A stretch of 32,000 nt of DNA from Telmatocola sphagniphila. GTDB lineage: Bacteria > Planctomycetota > Planctomycetia > Gemmatales > Gemmataceae. This document shows positions 1 to 11,800 of this stretch, one piece after another (position 1 is the stretch's first letter; each line of letters opens with the position of its first letter). The notes under the pieces were generated by a model, which was given only the letters and a program-made list of their open reading frames with translations, did not search any database and had not been told where the DNA came from. The stretch lies in contig NZ_CP074694.1 in the NCBI RefSeq assembly GCF_018398935.1, forward strand, positions 5,640,001-5,672,000. Reading direction: 5' to 3'. The translations under genes and the position numbers were made by a program.

Positions 1-737
1 AAGCCGATTCCGCACTATTCAAAAACCTCAATCCAACCATCCCCGATTACCCGAATCTGAGAGTCGAACAAGTCAAAACCTGGACGAAACAGTACTACGC
101 CTGCGTCCACGCCATCGACCGGAATGTGGCCAAAATCCTCGCGAAACTCGACGACTTGAAGCTCGCGGAAAATACGCTCGTGATCTTCACCAGCGACCAC
201 GGCTACAACATCGGCCATCACGGCATCCACAGTAAAGGTAATGGTAACTGGTGCACCACCGACAATAAGGGGGTACGGCCCAATATGTGGGACACCTCTC
301 TGCGGATCCCGGTTATCATCCGCTGGCCGGGGGTCATCAAGCCGGGCACGGTTTACGAGGAATGGTTCAGCAACCAGGATCTGTTCCCAACGCTTCTCGG
401 CGCTGCCGGGGTCGAAATCCCAAGAGATTGGCAGGGAAAAGGGCACGATCTCTCGACTCTGATGCGCGGCAAACCGTACCAAAAGCGCGAAGTCCTTTTC
501 GGGCAATACGACATTTCGAACACGGCTTCGCAGAGAATGCGGATGATCCGGACGAAAGATTGGAAGCTCGTTCGCCACTATGAAGTGGAAGGGCAGGATG
601 AACTCTTCGATCTGAAGAACGATCCCGGGGAGCTTCGGAATTTGTATCGGGAGGAACAGCAAAAGGCCGTCCGGGAGCAATTGCAGATGAAGTTGATCGA
701 ATGGATGAAATCGATTGAAGACCCCGCCGCTAAGTAA
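1..737 (+). CDS. Sulfatase (arylsulfatase family), C-terminal part; 5' end lies outside the window
   Basis: Frame 3 is open from position 3, upstream of the tracked Met at 126 (ADSALFKNLNPT...YYACVHAIDRNVAKIL). It continues into LVIFTSDHGYNIGHHGIHSKGNG and RMIRTKDWKL, typical of the C-terminal half of type I sulfatases. Stop TAA at 735-737. The N-terminal CxPxR active-site region is not in the window. Confidence 0.88.
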   Translation, partial: ADSALFKNLNPTIPDYPNLRVEQVKTWTKQYYACVHAIDRNVAKILAKLDDLKLAENTLVIFTSDHGYNIGHHGIHSKGNGNWCTTDNKGVRPNMWDTSLRIPVIIRWPGVIKPGTVYEEWFSNQDLFPTLLGAAGVEIPRDWQGKGHDLSTLMRGKPYQKREVLFGQYDISNTASQRMRMIRTKDWKLVRHYEVEGQDELFDLKNDPGELRNLYREEQQKAVREQLQMKLIEWMKSIEDPAAK

Positions 738-914
738 GACAAGCTGACGATTACTCCCAGTTCTACTTGTTCGTTAACGCGGTTGGGTTCGGGTATGGGC
801 AAGTGGAAATATAATGGTCCCCAAATCTGATTTTCGGGGATTGCCTCTTCGGCTTCGGCTTAGAAGCTGAATACTTCGCTTGGGCAGACACCGCTAGGAT
901 TTTCAACCATCGAC

Positions 915-1955
915 TCACTTCATTGCCGCCAGCTTCTTCCGAGTTTCACTCAGTACCTCCGCCAGCTTGACAGGTATTCCCCCTTGAGATTTGCTTTTAT
1001 GAACCGCTTCCATGAAAGTAAATATCTCGATGGTTTCCTCTGCGGTCACAGGCGGCTGACGAAAGCGTACAAAATTGGCAATTTCGATAGCCAGGCCCTT
1101 ATATGCCATGTACTCGCCGTGCGGTGCGACCCATTTGGTCGGCACGTCATAGCCGTAGTCTCCGGATGGCGATATTCCCTTGTCTCCGAAGACCATCGCC
1201 CGATAGGTGATGGCTCCCTTCTTGATTCCGCGATAAGTGCCGACTCTACCGTCTTTCCAGACTCCCGTGGCGAACTCGGCTTCTTCGGTGCATGCCCGGG
1301 TGACCGAAGTGCAGCCAGGGCCCATGATCGTATAGAGAGTTTCCACACCGTGCACAGCTTTCCAGATGGTATCGGGGTGCAAAGGATCGTTCGGGCAACC
1401 GCCCCAGACACTACAACCCTGGACTTTGCCGACTTCCGGATGGTTGCGCATGCCGATAAATCCCGGAACGAAGCGGTGTTGAGAGCAGGAGAAAAGCGGC
1501 GTGTGGTTAGACTTCGCCAGATCGAACAGAGTGAGGACATCGGCGAGGGAAGTGGCCATGGGTCGGCCGATATAGACCGGTTTGCCCGATTTCACAACTG
1601 CCTGGAATTCCTTCAAATGCGCTCGGCCATCGAGGCTCATGATCAAAATGGCATCGCTACGTTCGACCACTTTGTCGATCGAGTCAAAAATCTCGACTCC
1701 CTGCTTTTTCATTCCTTCCACCCATTTTGGCAACGACTGAACGCTCTCTTCAATGTCCGGGCTGCCTCCGGGATAGGCCGCGACGACTCGGATTCCCTGC
1801 AGTTCAGCGGGCGCTTTCGGATTGTGAAATTGCGAGGTGAAATCGAGAGCCTGATAATTGTCGAGACCGACGATGCCGAGTTTCACAACCGGCTTTTCAG
1901 CGCCTTGGGTTGTGGATGTGAAAAGTAAAAGAAAAACAAAGAGACTGTAACGCAT
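915..1955 (-). CDS. Secreted Gfo/Idh/MocA-like oxidoreductase (putative)
   Basis: 346-aa ORF with an ATG start and an N-terminal signal-like segment MRYSLFVFLLLFTSTTQGA. A Rossmann-type start KLGIVGLDNYQALDF follows, as in planctomycete Gfo/Idh/MocA-like proteins. It lies 9 nt downstream of the preceding minus-strand gene. The family call comes from motif resemblance only. Confidence 0.6.
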   Translation of the reverse strand: MRYSLFVFLLLFTSTTQGAEKPVVKLGIVGLDNYQALDFTSQFHNPKAPAELQGIRVVAAYPGGSPDIEESVQSLPKWVEGMKKQGVEIFDSIDKVVERSDAILIMSLDGRAHLKEFQAVVKSGKPVYIGRPMATSLADVLTLFDLAKSNHTPLFSCSQHRFVPGFIGMRNHPEVGKVQGCSVWGGCPNDPLHPDTIWKAVHGVETLYTIMGPGCTSVTRACTEEAEFATGVWKDGRVGTYRGIKKGAITYRAMVFGDKGISPSGDYGYDVPTKWVAPHGEYMAYKGLAIEIANFVRFRQPPVTAEETIEIFTFMEAVHKSKSQGGIPVKLAEVLSETRKKLAAMK

Positions 1956-1964
1956 GAATCGCCC

Positions 1965-4388
1965 TTATTTTTTCTTCAGGCACTCGAAGTTGATGTTGCC
2001 TTCCGAGACGACCGCGTAACGTCCGTCCTGAAGTGCGGTGCCTCGAATGATTATCGCCGGCATCTCGTTGGAGTTTACTTCCTTGGTGCAGGTGATCCGC
2101 ATATTGACCGAAGTTTGTCCGGGGGGCACCGTGACGGCCTCGGCCTTCAATACACCGGCGAGTTCTTCCGGGAGCTTGAGTTCGAGCTTGACCGGGACTG
2201 GCAATTTTGCCGAGCGCAGGACCTTAACGGGTATCTGAACACTCTCGCCCGGACGCAGTGCGATCTCCCGGAGACCAGGATCGACTTTCAGAATCGCCCC
2301 TTCAATCGACATCGTAATGCGGCCGAGCATGGGAGTGACCAGATAACGAATTTTTCCCTTCGCATCGGGAACCTTGACAACGCCGATCAGTTCCATTCTC
2401 GATGTGCGAGTGGTCTCCAGCCACTCCGGCATAAAGCAGGGGTAGAAAGCACGATTCTCGGAAGCGGGGACGATCATATCTGGACCGTTGATACCTTGCC
2501 GCTGGTAGGATTGGATGGAGTTCATTTGCAGGCTGACTTCCCCTTTGAAGTCGTTGATCCGTTCCAGAATCACTTCGGCCGGATGCGTGCTGCCACGGTG
2601 GACTTTCCGTCCGCCATCCGCTTCCACATCAATGAGCTTCAAGCGGGGAACCAGCGTGGTAGCCATCAGCAGGGAAGAGGTACGTTCTTCATCGGGATAC
2701 TTTGCAGCCAGATTGCCCGAGAGTGATGCGAAAGCGACGTGAGAAATCGTAGCCGCCGTACCAGTAATCGTCACCAGACTCGCCATGGCCGGGGCATTAT
2801 CTGCGGCGGTGAGGGCGATCTTGAGTTCCGATTTGTCCGGCGGGATAACCAGGTTTGCCGGCACGGTAACGCCTTCCGGTAATCCTGTAATCCGAAGCGA
2901 GATCGGTTCTTTGAATCCGCCGATTCGATTGGCCTTTACCAAGAATTCGCCCGTTCCGCCGATTTGAAGATTCAAACGGGCCACCGTGGTCACTGCGAAA
3001 TCGGGAATGACTTTCTCGACGAGCAACCGATAGAGGGAAGTCTTTTTTCCGACCTTCCCGGATTGATCGGAAACCACGAGCGTATACATCCCGTCCGCAG
3101 GCAATTGCAAAGTTAACCCCGCATCAGTGGTGCCAGGCAGATCGTCATTCTGGGAGACTTGCTTCCCATCGGGACCGAGTATGCTCAAGACCAGATCCAA
3201 TGGCGAGCCGAACCGACGAGCTTCCGCGGCCAGATTCCAGACCTCACCTTTTTTGCCTTCGCAGCGGAACCGGGCTTCCGTTGAAGCGCCCTCGAAAATG
3301 CCGGTGATACTTGCGGGAACGTGGAGGATCTCGTTGCTCGCTTTACTGGCAACAGACTGAGATATGGAACTCAGAGGTATCCCAAAGGCGGGTGTGGTTC
3401 CGAACTTGGTCTCGAGGCGATGAGTGAGAAAATTTTGTTTCGGATCTTCCGGGAAAGTCACTTTCTGCTTAATGGATTCCAGCTTTGGCTGCCCCGTAGC
3501 CAGACCCAGTCCGAGGAACTCGATTTCCTGTATGCCTCCCCGCTTTCCTAGTGCAGGAAGAGTGGCCAACACCCGCGGTCCAGCCGTCAAAGTTAGTCGA
3601 TAGACGAAGGAGCGATCCCCGCGAAAATCGAAGTCGTTAATGCTCAGGGTGTATTCCACACCGGCCTTGGCCCAGAAGGTTAAGGCTAAGTCCTGGCCTT
3701 CGGTATCGATTCCGTCAACAACTAACTGCCCGTGTGCATCGCGAACGGCGAGTGCGACATTCATATTCACGCCGAGCCGACGCGCAAAAACTTCACAAGT
3801 TACCGGTCCATCCTTGGCCGCCGTGAAACGGTAACGGTCCACTTCTTCGATTCGCGACAACCGGCCATTCACTGTGACAGGAAGAGCTGGGAGTTTCTGC
3901 CCGACCTTGGAAGTGGAATCCTCAACAACCTCGGGTTCGGTTCCGACCCAGAAGATTCCTGTCTTCTGACACACTCCGCTGGCGCCGGCCACGGCCCAGT
4001 AGACTGGTCCTGCAGGAAACCCTTCGGGGATCGTTAACTTGGCAGGTATCTCCCGAGGCAAGGGCAGAGGAGTGATATAGGCTTTAGCGCCGAACCAATA
4101 CGGGGGAGGCGGGATCAAAATCGGCCCAGGTTCCCCGGAAGTCTGAAGTTTGATGCGCGAATCTAAAACAAAGAACTGGAGATCGGGCGTCCAGTCGTAG
4201 CCGCCCAACTGAACGTCGCTGGTCGTACCGGCGCGGCCTCCCGGCGGATAAAGATATCCCGGTTCGGGTGCCCGCAGATCCGCAGTCTGTTTCTTGTTTT
4301 GTGCAATCGTCAGGCCAGGCAAGCCGAGTGTGATCGCAAAGGCCGCAGCAAAAATAATCTGAGAAGAATTTCGATGCGATAAACGCAC
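1965..4388 (-). CDS. Secreted protein with two pre-peptidase C-terminal (PPC)-like beta-sandwich domains; function unknown
   Basis: 807-aa ORF with a GTG start and signal peptide MRLSHRNSSQIIFAAAFAITLGLPGLTIAQ. Two segments have the PPC-like pattern (VDRYRFTAAKDGPVTCEVF...YTLSINDF...VYRLTL and EARFRCEGKKGEVWNL...LDLVLSILGPDGKQVSQNDD...YTLVVSD...LYRLLV). It starts 15 nt downstream of the DUF1501 gene on the same strand. Confidence 0.65.
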   Translation of the reverse strand: MRLSHRNSSQIIFAAAFAITLGLPGLTIAQNKKQTADLRAPEPGYLYPPGGRAGTTSDVQLGGYDWTPDLQFFVLDSRIKLQTSGEPGPILIPPPPYWFGAKAYITPLPLPREIPAKLTIPEGFPAGPVYWAVAGASGVCQKTGIFWVGTEPEVVEDSTSKVGQKLPALPVTVNGRLSRIEEVDRYRFTAAKDGPVTCEVFARRLGVNMNVALAVRDAHGQLVVDGIDTEGQDLALTFWAKAGVEYTLSINDFDFRGDRSFVYRLTLTAGPRVLATLPALGKRGGIQEIEFLGLGLATGQPKLESIKQKVTFPEDPKQNFLTHRLETKFGTTPAFGIPLSSISQSVASKASNEILHVPASITGIFEGASTEARFRCEGKKGEVWNLAAEARRFGSPLDLVLSILGPDGKQVSQNDDLPGTTDAGLTLQLPADGMYTLVVSDQSGKVGKKTSLYRLLVEKVIPDFAVTTVARLNLQIGGTGEFLVKANRIGGFKEPISLRITGLPEGVTVPANLVIPPDKSELKIALTAADNAPAMASLVTITGTAATISHVAFASLSGNLAAKYPDEERTSSLLMATTLVPRLKLIDVEADGGRKVHRGSTHPAEVILERINDFKGEVSLQMNSIQSYQRQGINGPDMIVPASENRAFYPCFMPEWLETTRTSRMELIGVVKVPDAKGKIRYLVTPMLGRITMSIEGAILKVDPGLREIALRPGESVQIPVKVLRSAKLPVPVKLELKLPEELAGVLKAEAVTVPPGQTSVNMRITCTKEVNSNEMPAIIIRGTALQDGRYAVVSEGNINFECLKKK

Positions 4389-4403
4389 GGCTTAGCTCCG
4401 GTC

Positions 4404-5735
4404 TTAACCCACCAGATCGGTAATGACCCGGCCGCCGTTGACGATTGGCACGGGACGGCCCAGCGGGGTATAGTACACTTTGCTGCTATCGACTCCCATC
4501 TGATGGAAGATCGTGCGAAGAATGTCCTCCACGCTGACAGGGTCGGCGACCGGCGCAGTGGCGTTCTTATCCGTCGCTCCGATGATCATCCCCGGTTTGA
4601 TTCCGCCTCCGGCAAAAAGCACGCTCTGTGCGGCCGACCAGTGATCGCGCCCCGCCTGGGCATTCACCTTCGGAGTTCGGCCCATCTCCCCCATCATCAC
4701 CACCAGCGTTGAGTCCAGCAAGCCCCGTTGATCGAGATCAGTCACTAATGCGCTAAAAGCCCGATCCACGCTGGGGATGAGATCTTTTTGCAGACTCGGA
4801 AAGCAAGTGAAATGGGTGTCCCAACCACTATGGTCGATCCCGACAAAGCGGCAACCGGCTTCCACCAGCCGGCGTGCGAGCAGCGCACACTGACCGAGAG
4901 TTGTATGGCCATAGGTTTCGCGAAGTTTGGCCGGCTCGTCCTTGATTTCAAAGGCCTTGCGTGCCGCCGGCGAATTCATGAGATCGCGCGCTTTTTCGTA
5001 GTAGGTGGCCATCGTTCCAGCTTTCCCGGTACTCGCGCGCTGGGATTCAATTCCCTTCAATAACTGTTCCCGGCGATGCTCGCGTTGGGCGTCGATACCT
5101 TCCACGGCAATCAGGTCTCGGACTTCGAAATCCGGTTGGACGGGATCGCCCTCGATCACAAAAGGCGAGTGCTCCGCCCCATAGAATCCTGCTCCACCGG
5201 CGGTCATCGGATGTGGCATGTTTATGTACGGGGGGACGCTTCCTCGCCCCCCCAACTCTCGGGAGATCACCGAACCAACGGAGGGATAAAGCACGTTGTT
5301 CGGCTTACGACTATTAGTACCGTCGGCAAAGTCGGCCTTCATTCCCGTCATCACATAGTGATAACCGGTCGTATGACCGTTGTCCTGATGGCTGTGACTG
5401 CGCAAGATGGTGTATTTGTTGGCGATTTTCGCACAGTTGGGCAGGTGTTCGCAGATGAAGGTCCCGGGAACATTCGTGGCGATCTGTTTAAACGGCCCAC
5501 GCACTTCGACTGGGGCATCGGGCTTCATATCCCACATGTCTATCGTGCTGGGGCCGCCTTCCAGGAAAAGGAAGATGCAGGATTTGGCCTTGCACGTCTT
5601 ATCGGTTCCCGCCAAGGCCTGATACTGAAGCAGGCGCGGCAAGGTCAATTGAGAGATCAGACCGACACTGCCGACACGCAACATCTCCCGGCGGGACATT
5701 CTTGTTGCTTGTGGAGACCTTCGAGATAAGGACAT
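4404..5735 (-). CDS. DUF1501 family protein (sulfatase/alkaline-phosphatase-like), Tat-signal bearing
   Basis: 443 aa. AAGGAG lies 6 nt upstream of the ATG at 5735. Twin-arginine motif MSRREMLRVGSVGL. Motifs CIFLFLEGGPSTIDMWDMKP, GWDTH and VVMMGEMGRTP...GRDHW are typical of DUF1501. Confidence 0.9.
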   Translation of the reverse strand: MSLSRRSPQATRMSRREMLRVGSVGLISQLTLPRLLQYQALAGTDKTCKAKSCIFLFLEGGPSTIDMWDMKPDAPVEVRGPFKQIATNVPGTFICEHLPNCAKIANKYTILRSHSHQDNGHTTGYHYVMTGMKADFADGTNSRKPNNVLYPSVGSVISRELGGRGSVPPYINMPHPMTAGGAGFYGAEHSPFVIEGDPVQPDFEVRDLIAVEGIDAQREHRREQLLKGIESQRASTGKAGTMATYYEKARDLMNSPAARKAFEIKDEPAKLRETYGHTTLGQCALLARRLVEAGCRFVGIDHSGWDTHFTCFPSLQKDLIPSVDRAFSALVTDLDQRGLLDSTLVVMMGEMGRTPKVNAQAGRDHWSAAQSVLFAGGGIKPGMIIGATDKNATAPVADPVSVEDILRTIFHQMGVDSSKVYYTPLGRPVPIVNGGRVITDLVG

Positions 5736-5877
5736 AGAAGCTCCTTCGCTGCCATCCAGAATCTTGATTTACTAATGGAGATTCCAACTATTTTCGAATA
5801 TCCATCCGTCTCCTGATCTTCCGAACAAAAGATGGAAATAGCATTTCACCTAAATGCGCCGACAACTCCTTCGCACA

Positions 5878-8280
5878 CTAGCGAATGTAGAGAAATTCTT
5901 TGCTGTTCAGGAGAGCCCAGAGCACATCTTCCACTGCACTACGGCGATCACCATCTGCAAAAATTTCCACTAACCTAGTTCGCTCCGCAGCGTGCGGTGG
6001 CCGACCCAGCGCCTGGAGAAACAATTCGTCGACGATGACTTCCGGCTTCTTGTCCGAATCGGAGAGTTTGCGGGCCGTGCCAGTTCGAGCACGAACTTTC
6101 GCTGCAATCTCGGGAGAATTCATCAAATGCAGGGCCTGGGTAATGCTCGGATCGGTGCCGCGTTCGCATTCGCAGACACTGAACCGAATCGGACGACCGA
6201 AGATCTGGAGGAAATACGACGGCATGCGATTATCCCAAACCTGGATAGCGCGATAACCTTCCGGCCAGCCATTGAACTTTTCCGCGAGACCAGTCACCTG
6301 GCTAATCGAATCGAGTAAAACTTCGGCCGGCATCGGTTTGAGTGTGGCATGCGAAAAATTCTGTTCATCGCTGGCATTCTGCTCAAGAGATCGACTGCTT
6401 AGCTGGTAGACTTGCGACATCAACATCGTTTTGGTGAAGGCTTTGAGATCGTATTTCTGATTGCGTAAATGAGTTGCCAGAGCCGCCAGAAGTGGTTCGT
6501 TGGAAGCAGGGTTGGTTATCCGAATATCATCGATGGGCTCCACGAGGCCCCGGCCAAAATAATGAGACCACAATCGATTGGCAAGGGCACTAGCGAAGTA
6601 CGGATTCTCCGGGGATGTCATCCACTCCGCCAACAATTTACGACGATCTTCTGAAGGCGGGAAGGCTCGGGCTACACCCCCCAATGGCCGTGCGGGTATG
6701 GTAGTCGCGGCCCCGGCTCGCTTCGAGACTTTCGGACCCAGATCTATGCCGTTTTTCCAGACGACGGCTTCCGAACCACCGGGCAAGAGTTTGCGCGACA
6801 CACCGGAGAACAGACCCGCCAATGCCCAATAGTCCTCCTGCCCCCAGCGTTCCGAAGGATGGTGATGGCACTCGGCACATTCAATTCTCACACCGAGAAA
6901 TATCTGGCTGATGCCGGTCGCGGCTTTTTCCGGTGTCTCGAGAGATTTAAAAAAGGCGGCGGGGCCTTCGGAGGCAATATTATCATGGGCAGTCACAATT
7001 TCCCGGGCAAACGAGTCGTATGGGCGATTTTCCGCAAACTGCCGACGGAGCCATCGGGTCATGGCCACGGCTCCTTGAGGAGTCACCACATCCTTGTCGA
7101 GTTTCAAAATATCCGACCACTTTTGCGTCCAGTAATCGGCATACTCGGGTCTCTGCAGGAGGCGATCAATGATTTTCTCGCGCTTATCCGGAGCCTTATC
7201 GGCGAGAAACTTGCCGGCTTCCTCGGCCGTAGGCAGTGTACCGATAGTGTCCAGAAAGACCCGGCGCAAGAACATGGCGTCCTCGGCCGGTTGGCTCGGC
7301 GGAATCCCAAGTCGTTCGAGTTTATCCCAAACATGCTTATCGATGAAGTTGGTCTCCGCCGGTCGAGGGAATTTCACGCCCGGTCGCGGCAGGGTGATGC
7401 GGGAGACAGTAACCTGTCCCATATATCTGACCAGAATCGCCGCCTCACCAGGGTTCTGGCCGGAGGTGATTTGGCCTCGGCTATCGACACTGGCAATGTT
7501 TCCGGCGTTCGATGCATATTCGGCCTCGGTGGTCACGCATCGTTGCGATCCGTCTGCAGAAATCGCAGTCACTCGCAATTGCTGGGTGCCGCTCAAAGCC
7601 AGTGTTTTCTGGCTCGGCTCGACTTGAATCGCTGTGATGGCGGGCAGAGGCGAATCGGCGAACAGGCTTCCTTCTTGGATCCATCGAAGCAACCGCCGGT
7701 AGTGCAAACTCTCCTTTTCAATCTTACGGCCACCGCCGTGAGACATTTGGCCGGTGGCTTTTAAGAGCAGCAGGCTATTCTCAGGCGAAGCTGGGAATAA
7801 TCTTCGTCCGCGAGCCTCCGCGGTAATGGCTCGATAGTCGGCTTCCGGGTCGTGGCCAAAGACACTCAGTTTGAACCCGGCCTGTCCTTCGGCCTTGCCG
7901 TGGCAGCCGCCGCGATTGCACGACGCTTTGGTCAGAATGGGGATGATCTGTTGTTCGAAGGAGACCGGTCGCGGCGATTTCAGTCCACGGACTTCTACCT
8001 GAACTCTGGCCGTTTCCTGACCTATTCGAATCAGAATTTCCGTTTGGCCTTCCGATTTCGGTGTGACTAAGCCACTTGAGTCAACCCCTGCGATTGCTGG
8101 ATTCTTCACTTCATAGCGGGCTGTTCGTGTACCATCGCCGTTCGCGAGTGTCACGAGCAACTGTTGACAGGCCTCGGGATTATCCAGCACCACTGCCGAT
8201 GGAGTCACTTGGATCGCTGCAGTTACCGGAGCGCACCCAATCAGCACATAAAAGAGTATGGGCAGGCTCAGTTTGGACAT
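5878..8280 (-). CDS. DUF1549/DUF1553 (PSCyt2/PSD1) protein with N-terminal Big_2-like domains
   Basis: The ORF is open to a TTG at 8331, but the ATG at 8280 starts directly at a signal peptide MSKLSLPILFYVLIGCAPVTAA. DUF1549 motif FIDKHVWDKLERLGIPPSQPAEDAMFLRRVFLDTIGTLPT, conserved RIECAECHHHPSERW, and DUF1553 motif NPYFASALANRLWSHYFGRGLVEPIDD. Ig-like Big_2 segments precede these motifs. Confidence 0.88.
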   Translation of the reverse strand: MSKLSLPILFYVLIGCAPVTAAIQVTPSAVVLDNPEACQQLLVTLANGDGTRTARYEVKNPAIAGVDSSGLVTPKSEGQTEILIRIGQETARVQVEVRGLKSPRPVSFEQQIIPILTKASCNRGGCHGKAEGQAGFKLSVFGHDPEADYRAITAEARGRRLFPASPENSLLLLKATGQMSHGGGRKIEKESLHYRRLLRWIQEGSLFADSPLPAITAIQVEPSQKTLALSGTQQLRVTAISADGSQRCVTTEAEYASNAGNIASVDSRGQITSGQNPGEAAILVRYMGQVTVSRITLPRPGVKFPRPAETNFIDKHVWDKLERLGIPPSQPAEDAMFLRRVFLDTIGTLPTAEEAGKFLADKAPDKREKIIDRLLQRPEYADYWTQKWSDILKLDKDVVTPQGAVAMTRWLRRQFAENRPYDSFAREIVTAHDNIASEGPAAFFKSLETPEKAATGISQIFLGVRIECAECHHHPSERWGQEDYWALAGLFSGVSRKLLPGGSEAVVWKNGIDLGPKVSKRAGAATTIPARPLGGVARAFPPSEDRRKLLAEWMTSPENPYFASALANRLWSHYFGRGLVEPIDDIRITNPASNEPLLAALATHLRNQKYDLKAFTKTMLMSQVYQLSSRSLEQNASDEQNFSHATLKPMPAEVLLDSISQVTGLAEKFNGWPEGYRAIQVWDNRMPSYFLQIFGRPIRFSVCECERGTDPSITQALHLMNSPEIAAKVRARTGTARKLSDSDKKPEVIVDELFLQALGRPPHAAERTRLVEIFADGDRRSAVEDVLWALLNSKEFLYIR

Positions 8281-8860
8281 GAACTTCTCACAAGGAGATT
8301 GGTTCGGCGAGGTAGGAGGGAGTATCGTCAATTAGTCTAACGGTGAAGTCGAATTAATACTAGTAAATTGATGGCAAACTTTGATCGTGATATTTCATCG
8401 ATTGATTCGGTCGATCGATCGGTTCCGGTGGTTCTCTTCATTGGAAATTGAATCGAAGCTTGAAGAGCGCACAAGCAAGCACCGAAAAAACCCAGCCTCG
8501 GGTAGTGAAGTCATAGCATTTCTGGGCTGGCGGAGCAAGCGGTGCTTCACTCAAGAAAAACAAGAATAGAAGCCAATCACCCAATTTTTGGGCAGCTTGG
8601 CTATCGAGCCCTTTCTGATCGGGTCTCGTTTTCAAGAGTAACTCATTAGACCGAGTTCTTTCAGTCAACAATTCCGGGACTTTAGGGCTTGCTGCCACTA
8701 CTCCTTTTGCCTGGACTGAAGTTAAAGAATCTTTAGTAGTTTTAGGCCTGCATTGCCGATTCGATTTGATCGCGATAAGTTGTCCTTCTGCTTACTGCCG
8801 TTCTTTCCGCTTTTGAAACTGCATTCACGGAGCGCGTTCGTCGAGTTTGACACGTTCTCC

Positions 8861-11800
8861 ATGAGGCGGGCCATGAAATTCAAATCTGTAGTTTCGTTCG
8901 GTGTTACGATGTTGTTTTGCTTGTTGCTAAATGCGACAGGTCAGGCAGCGAATTTCTCCGATTCCGAGGACAATTTTTTTGAAAAAGACATCCGTCCTCT
9001 TCTAGTTGAAAAATGCGTGGGCTGCCACGGCGACTCTAAATCCAAAGGTGGACTTACTCTGAACTCGAGGGCGGCCGTCCTTCGCGGTGGAGATTCAGGT
9101 TCGGCCATTGTTCCCGGCCAACCCGACAAGAGTCTACTGATTAAAGCCGTTCGGTATCAAGGCGACCTCCAGATGCCTCCGAAAGGTAAGCTAACCAACA
9201 AGCAGATTGAACTTCTCGAAAAATGGGTGAAACTGGGTGCCCGCTGGCCTGGCGTGGATTCGACACCCGTTCCGGGCAGCCATTTTACCATTACGGAAAA
9301 ACAACGGCAGTTCTGGTCTTTTCAGACGGTAAAGTTTCCACCATTACCCGCGTTCCGAGATTCAAGTTGGGCCAAGTCGGAAATTGACCGATTGATCCTG
9401 ACGGGACTGCGTGCGAAGAATCTTGCCCCGGCCGCGCCAGCCGACAAGCGCACTCTCCTTCGCCGGGCGACTTTCGACCTGATCGGCCTTCCTCCGAAGC
9501 CAGAGGAAATCGAAGCATTTCTGAAGGATGATTCGCCCGAGGCTTTCGCGAAAGTCGTGGATCGTCTGCTGGCTTCGCCCCACTACGGCGAACGCTGGGG
9601 CCGCCACTGGCTGGATGTCGTCCGCTATGCCGATGCGCGGGATTTGATTCAATTGCCGAAAGAGAGCGACTTCCGGGAAGCCTGGCGCTATCGGGACTGG
9701 GTAGTCGACTCGTTCAATCGAGATATGCCTTATACGGACTTCGTTCGTTCGCAAATCGCTGGCGACCTCCAGCCTTCGACTCGTCCCGATCGCTTCAACA
9801 AGGAAGGCCTGGTTGCAACCGGGATGTTGGCCATTGCGGATTTCGTTCCCGGCGATGTCGATAAGAATCAAATGATCGCGGACTACGTCAATGACCAGAT
9901 CGATGTGGTCGGCCGGGCATTTTTAGGGCTCTCGATCTCCTGCGCCCGCTGTCACGATCATAAATTCGATCCGATTTCTACCGAAGACTACTACGCGCTG
10001 GCCGGTATTTTTTTCAGCACTCGAATTATCCCTGGCCCCGTTCCCGGGAATACTCCACTCGTCAAAGTTCCATTACTTTCGCCGAATGAGATCGAACAGT
10101 TGAAATTGCGAGCCGCCGCGGACGAGACGCGCCGAAAAGAACTCGAACGGTCGCTTTCCGATGCGTCCACGAGCGAGTACCGCAACTACTTGCGAACGCT
10201 GCTCGACGAACAGTCGGCCCGATACATTCTGGCTGCACACGATTGTCGCACTCTGGACAAGCCGTCAGCCGTTGTTGTGGCGAATCGGCTTGGCCTTCAC
10301 AACGGATTGTTGGCGGAGTGGATCGCTTTTTTAGCTCGAGTTGAGAAACATCCTGAGGCAGGCTACCCGGCCCTGCTTCGCGAAATCGCTGCCGATAAAC
10401 TCTCGGACCCTGCATTGGTGCGCGCCGCCTTGGAAGTTCAAAATGCTCTTTCCGGATCCGTTCAGCGCGACCGGGATCAAGCTGGCCGCGCACCTGAAAA
10501 ATACGCTCTGGATCATTCCTTACTGTTTCAATTTCGCGCGGACGATCCCCGAATCGCATTCGACGAGGTCAAGCGAATCGCTTTCTGGCCGAACTTCTCC
10601 GGCTTTTGGCTAAACGCTTCTCCGCCGGTTCCAAAGAACTCCCCGGAGACTGCGTACGCTAAGATCGGTCAACATCAAAAACCAGTCATCCGATTCCAGG
10701 GTCAGTCGGTGTTGGCAGTCGAGCGTCCAGTTCCTCCGATGGGGTCTCTTTTCATCGTCTTCCGGCCATCGCCGGAATCTCGAGCCGGTGAGCGAATCGT
10801 TGGTTGGGAAGATGCCGACAGCGGCCAGCATGGGCTAGGTTTGATGACTGACTCGAAAGGTCGGCTCCACGCAATCCTCCGTAAGAATGGGCTATCGGGC
10901 GATTTAGTGGATAACCATGCGTGGAATGGCTTCGAAACTGTCTGCATTAGCTGGGGACCGGGCGGTACGACTATGCGCCGCAACGCAGTCGATGTTTCTT
11001 CGAAAACGATTGATGGAATTTCCTCGGATCCGAAAATCACGGCTTTGGCGATTGGCGGGCCCGGCTCCGGAAACGGCCCGCGCTTCACCGGGGATATTGC
11101 GGAATTGCGCGTTTACGACCGACCTCTCAGTGATTCGGAACGACTACTGGTCGATGACGAGCTCCATAAAACGTGGTTCGAAGCCGACGGCCCTAGAGTG
11201 CCTAAGCGGGATGCATTCGATGAGTTGGTCGTGGAAATGCTCTCCACGCGAGGGGCATTTTGGCCGCCCGTGGAAGAACGAATTAAACTTCTGCCTGCAG
11301 AAGTGCAAAAGCGGTTTGAAACGACGAGTCGCGAGTTAAATCTTCTGCGAAATAAACCTGCTGTGGAAGTTCCCATGGCAGTCGCCGTACAGGACGGCGG
11401 CCCTAAAGGGACGCGTCACGAAGGCTTTAAAGACGCTACCGTATTCCTTCGCGGCGATTCGAAACGACTTGGTAAAACGATACCTCGCGGCTTCCCGAAA
11501 GTACTAGCGGGAAACCAAACAGAAAAAATCATCGAAGGGAGTGGTCGACTCCAACTTGCCGACTGGCTGACCCACTCCACAAACCCGCTCACGTCCCGAG
11601 TGATGGTCAACCGTATTTGGCAGCACCACTTCGGTGAAGGTCTGGTCCGCACACCAAACGATTTCGGTGAACGGGGCGAACGGCCGACGAACCCCGAGTT
11701 GCTGGATTATCTCGCTACAAAGTTCATCGAATCGAAGTGGTCTGCGAAAACCATGCACCGGCTTATTATGCTTTCGGCGGTCTACCAGCAAAGCTGCACT

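Noticed and set aside
8753-8860. TTG-initiated 5' extension of the 1198-aa PSCyt/PSD ORF
   Set aside because: The extension (MPIRFDRDKLSFCLLPFFPLLKLHSRSAFVEFDTFS) precedes a clean signal peptide that begins at the ATG at 8861. A secreted protein is unlikely to carry 36 extra residues before its signal sequence.
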